58,046 nucleotides of DNA, from the IMG/VR virus record IMGVR_UViG_3300025652_006157, positions 1-58,046 of that record. One strand, written 5' to 3'. Both the position numbers and the translations under genes were made by a program. Shown piece after piece: positions 55,130 to 58,046 of this stretch. Positions within the stretch are counted from its first letter, which is position 1; the number at the start of each line of letters is the position of its first letter. The stretch is from a virus. Lineage: Duplodnaviria; Caudoviricetes. The notes under the pieces are model-generated. The model was not told the DNA's origin. It saw nothing but the letters and a program-made list of their open reading frames with translations, and ran no database searches.

Positions 55130-57064
55130 CTACGCTGCGTAATTAAGTACTGAAGCACCAACTGAACCGATGATTGGGATGAACCCCATACGTCTAGAAG
55201 CAACTAATACGTTGCGTTGAAATTCAATATTTTTATCACGTTCCATCATTAAGCCACGTAATTCACCTTTGATGAAGTTAGCAGTATTAACTGCTACTGC
55301 TGCTGCATTGCCTGCTGAGATAGCATCGAACTCACCAGAAACAATAACTGGAGAACCGTTGATTGAACCAACTTGACCAGTTAATAGAGTAGCATAAGGC
55401 ATACCAACTTTATCTACAGTACGGAAATCCGCATCTTCGAGTAAGTCGTAGTATACTTCAGAACTAACAACATACATAACGTCTGAAGGATTAAGACCAC
55501 GAATACCTAAACCACGACGAACTGTTTGCATGATTGCTGCAGTTGCTTTATCAGCACCACCAATTGATAGTGTAGTAACAGCATCACCACCAGCATCTAA
55601 TGCTAGTTTACAGATACCTTTGATTGGATCTGATGCGCCTGAACCTAAACCACGAAGAATCGCTTGGTCAGATGATTTAGCCATTCTGCGAGTAACAGCA
55701 TCTTGGATAATAGGAAGTAAAGGAATGATTGAATCTTCTTCTTCTTCATAACCTAAGTACTCTTTAGCAGCTAGTTTATAAGCTGTTAATGTAGTATCAG
55801 TGATGTCATGTTCAGCAGCAGTACCAGTAGAAGCAGCAGTTTCATTATAAGCTGCTGAACCAATCCATTGACCGTAGCCAGCTTCAGGGTTAATTGGTAA
55901 ATGCATTTTGTTTGATGTCATTGCAATATTGCGGAACAAAGGCTCAACAACTAACTGTCTACGGATATCCGCTAACAATGTTGTAGAGAATTGTTGTTCC
56001 CAATCTTGGGTTAATGCTGAGTGATGGTCTGAAGGTGCTTTTTCTAAAAGTCTACCAGCATATGTTGTAGCCATTGCAGATTTACCTAGAATTTTAGCTA
56101 GTAAAACAGCGCTATTAGCGTCAACACGTGCAATTTCTACACTTGATTTTTCTTCAAACTGCATTTTGCTTTTTTGCATAGCAGTAACTTCGTCTGATTT
56201 TTCTTTTAACTCAGCACGTAAACCATCTAGGTTTTCGCCTAAGCTCTTTTCATTATCTTCGAAGCGCTTTGTTAGTTCAGCAACTAACTTCTCTACGCCT
56301 GAATTTCCAACAACAATTGATGCTGCTGCTTTGTCTGCTGCTGCTTTTTCTGTAACTTCTAAAGCTTTAGCCGCGGTATTAGCATCTGCAATGCCTTTTG
56401 CGATTGCTGCTTGAATTTCTTCTGGTGTCATTTGTATCTCCAATATTTCTGTTTTAGTGGGCTTAGCGTCGTCTGCTTTAGATGCAATTGTATCTTTCTC
56501 AGTGTTCGCTTCTTCCGATTTATTTTTGTCTTCTAACTGTTCTTCCAAAGAGAACCCTTTTTTGAAGTCGCTGCATTCATCCACCGACTCAAACTGTTTT
56601 GCAACACTAAAAGTACTGTGTTGGTTAGCAGGTACGCTTACCACAGAGACTTCCATTAGTTCCAAATCTTTAATTACGAAAATATCAGTCATACTATCGT
56701 AATCAGCGTCTTTAACCATAAAGCCTACACTGAAGCTTTTTAAGACACCTTCTTTAATCAGGTTATACATATTTCCAGCAGCTTTACTAATTTCAGCTGT
56801 AATAAATAGCCCTTTAGCACTAACTGTATGATTAACCATTTTACCAATAGGATTATCATGTTTATGATAACCTAATATAATAGGGTTATTCAAGTAGTCT
56901 GAAAGTCCGCCCTTAGACCAGGCTTCTTCCAGGATCACATCGCCACTTCTATCTTTATCTGTAGTATTAGCCCAACCGGAGATAGTTAATGTTTCGTTAT
57001 CGTCTCCTGCGGCTTTTTCAGTAATGGCGAAGTTAGACGTCAGCCTTAATAGCTTTTTAGTCAT
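55130..57064 (-). CDS. Prohead protease in frame with HK97-fold major capsid protein (internal start at 56431)
   Basis: N-terminal DRSGD..HKHDNPIG..FSVGF..EVSVVSVPAN; C-terminal capsid; GGAG RBS before internal ATG. Confidence 0.9.
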   Translation of the reverse strand: MTKKLLRLTSNFAITEKAAGDDNETLTISGWANTTDKDRSGDVILEEAWSKGGLSDYLNNPIILGYHKHDNPIGKMVNHTVSAKGLFITAEISKAAGNMYNLIKEGVLKSFSVGFMVKDADYDSMTDIFVIKDLELMEVSVVSVPANQHSTFSVAKQFESVDECSDFKKGFSLEEQLEDKNKSEEANTEKDTIASKADDAKPTKTEILEIQMTPEEIQAAIAKGIADANTAAKALEVTEKAAADKAAASIVVGNSGVEKLVAELTKRFEDNEKSLGENLDGLRAELKEKSDEVTAMQKSKMQFEEKSSVEIARVDANSAVLLAKILGKSAMATTYAGRLLEKAPSDHHSALTQDWEQQFSTTLLADIRRQLVVEPLFRNIAMTSNKMHLPINPEAGYGQWIGSAAYNETAASTGTAAEHDITDTTLTAYKLAAKEYLGYEEEEDSIIPLLPIIQDAVTRRMAKSSDQAILRGLGSGASDPIKGICKLALDAGGDAVTTLSIGGADKATAAIMQTVRRGLGIRGLNPSDVMYVVSSEVYYDLLEDADFRTVDKVGMPYATLLTGQVGSINGSPVIVSGEFDAISAGNAAAVAVNTANFIKGELRGLMMERDKNIEFQRNVLVASRRMGFIPIIGSVGASVLNYAA

Positions 57065-57067
57065 ATT

Positions 57068-58045
57068 TTAATTCTCCGGTTCATGTGTTGGCGCTCCTCC
57101 TTGTGTAGGGTCTACTGCACTTCCGGCTATATTAGCTGGCAGTACTAGTTCGTCCGCAAAAGGTTGATCGCTTGCTTCTAGTCTTAGCCTTTCTCTGGCT
57201 TCGTTTCTTGTGATAACTCCAGCATTTACTAAAGATGTATAGTAAGCTGATTCATCACGAAGGTCAGGTCTTAGCGCTAGAATATTCTGGTATACAGGTT
57301 TTAAGTCGTAGCCGAAGAAACTTTCTAATGCCTGTGTTAGCTTTATTACTAAAGGTATAACAGTGTTTGTGTAGAATAGTTTTTGGTTTGGGCTTATGTT
57401 AGCATTATTACCAGCATCTAAAAGAATTGGCGGAACGCCTATAGCTTTTAAAATCTTTCGCTCTTGTGTATCTATCGAGTCCTGAAAGTCTAACTCTTGG
57501 AAATTAGTAGTACCCAAGTTTTGTATATCAAACTCACCATCTAGTATAATAGGTCTACGTCCACCACTAGTTGGATTATATAGTCTTGACCAATCTGCTC
57601 TGACTCTGTCTTTTATTTTCTTTGATAAAACATTGGGAGTTTTAAGTACTAAACCTGGCACTGTTCCGTTCTTGAAAAAGTTTTCTTGAAAGGTGCTCAT
57701 GTTTTGAAGAATTCTCAAACTAGAGTTAGCTGATATTAGTCTCGATGTTCCTCTATATATAGAGGTAGAACTATTATCTCTTATGTGTATTATTTCATTT
57801 GCGTTATATGTAACGCTTCCAAACCTATAACCTTTTATAAAGTTTATCTTATCTGTTAAGATTTCCATCTTATTAGCTGATATATTATAAAGGTGCGCCC
57901 CGTCCCAATAAATAAAGGCATTACCTTCAAGTAAGATATCTATGTAGATATTGCGCTTGAATACGTCTGCATTTGTATAGGGATTAGGTTTAAAGTTTAA
58001 TAATTTTTCTAGTTTAGCAGGTCTTACATTACTATCTGTAGTAGC
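57068..58045 (-). CDS. Portal protein (5'-truncated by window edge)
   Basis: LLNFKPNP, LLEGNAF, IIHIRD, FFKNG.VPG, IGVPPILL, ITRNEAR; frame open to window end. Confidence 0.93.
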   Translation of the reverse strand, partial: ATTDSNVRPAKLEKLLNFKPNPYTNADVFKRNIYIDILLEGNAFIYWDGAHLYNISANKMEILTDKINFIKGYRFGSVTYNANEIIHIRDNSSTSIYRGTSRLISANSSLRILQNMSTFQENFFKNGTVPGLVLKTPNVLSKKIKDRVRADWSRLYNPTSGGRRPIILDGEFDIQNLGTTNFQELDFQDSIDTQERKILKAIGVPPILLDAGNNANISPNQKLFYTNTVIPLVIKLTQALESFFGYDLKPVYQNILALRPDLRDESAYYTSLVNAGVITRNEARERLRLEASDQPFADELVLPANIAGSAVDPTQGGAPTHEPEN

Positions 58046-58046
58046 T

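Noticed and set aside
1-58046. Stop-codon reassignment or suppressor tRNA
   Set aside because: Core genes are intact under the standard code using all three stops; the tRNA at 8347 reads TCT (Arg), not CTA, when the 7-nt loop is centred

Overview
A 58-kb segment of a lytic T5-like (Demerecviridae-type) siphophage genome. The host is probably a PQQ-using gammaproteobacterium, possibly a methylotroph; this is inferred from a phage pqqA and the tmRNA tag. The + strand (1-33.2 kb) carries nucleotide metabolism genes (thyA, phoH, DHFR) and an RNA-rich accessory region at about 2-12 kb. That region holds about 14 tRNA or tRNA-derived genes, a ~950-nt GOLLD-like RNA, a circularly permuted two-piece tmRNA and several unexplained structured RNAs, all driven by a repeated strong sigma70 promoter cassette. 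The T5-type replication block follows: split NAD ligase, D5, helicase, primase, PolA, D10-D15, ClpP-like, dUTPase, nrdAB. The - strand (33.4-58 kb) is the late morphogenesis operon: portal, fused protease-capsid, neck, tail tube, chaperones, tape measure, lambda-like M/L/K/I/J tail tip, fibres, patatin and a lipoprotein. The most notable candidates are (1) a LapG-like protease plus two proteins resembling pieces of the LapA adhesin retention module, a possible phage system for manipulating host adhesion/biofilm; (2) a stand-alone pqqA transcription unit; (3) a permuted tmRNA whose 186-nt spacer folds as a 6S-sized rod; (4) a tRNA-Cys split by a 479-bp cassette between 20-bp direct repeats. All family assignments come from motif recognition by eye; no searches were run.
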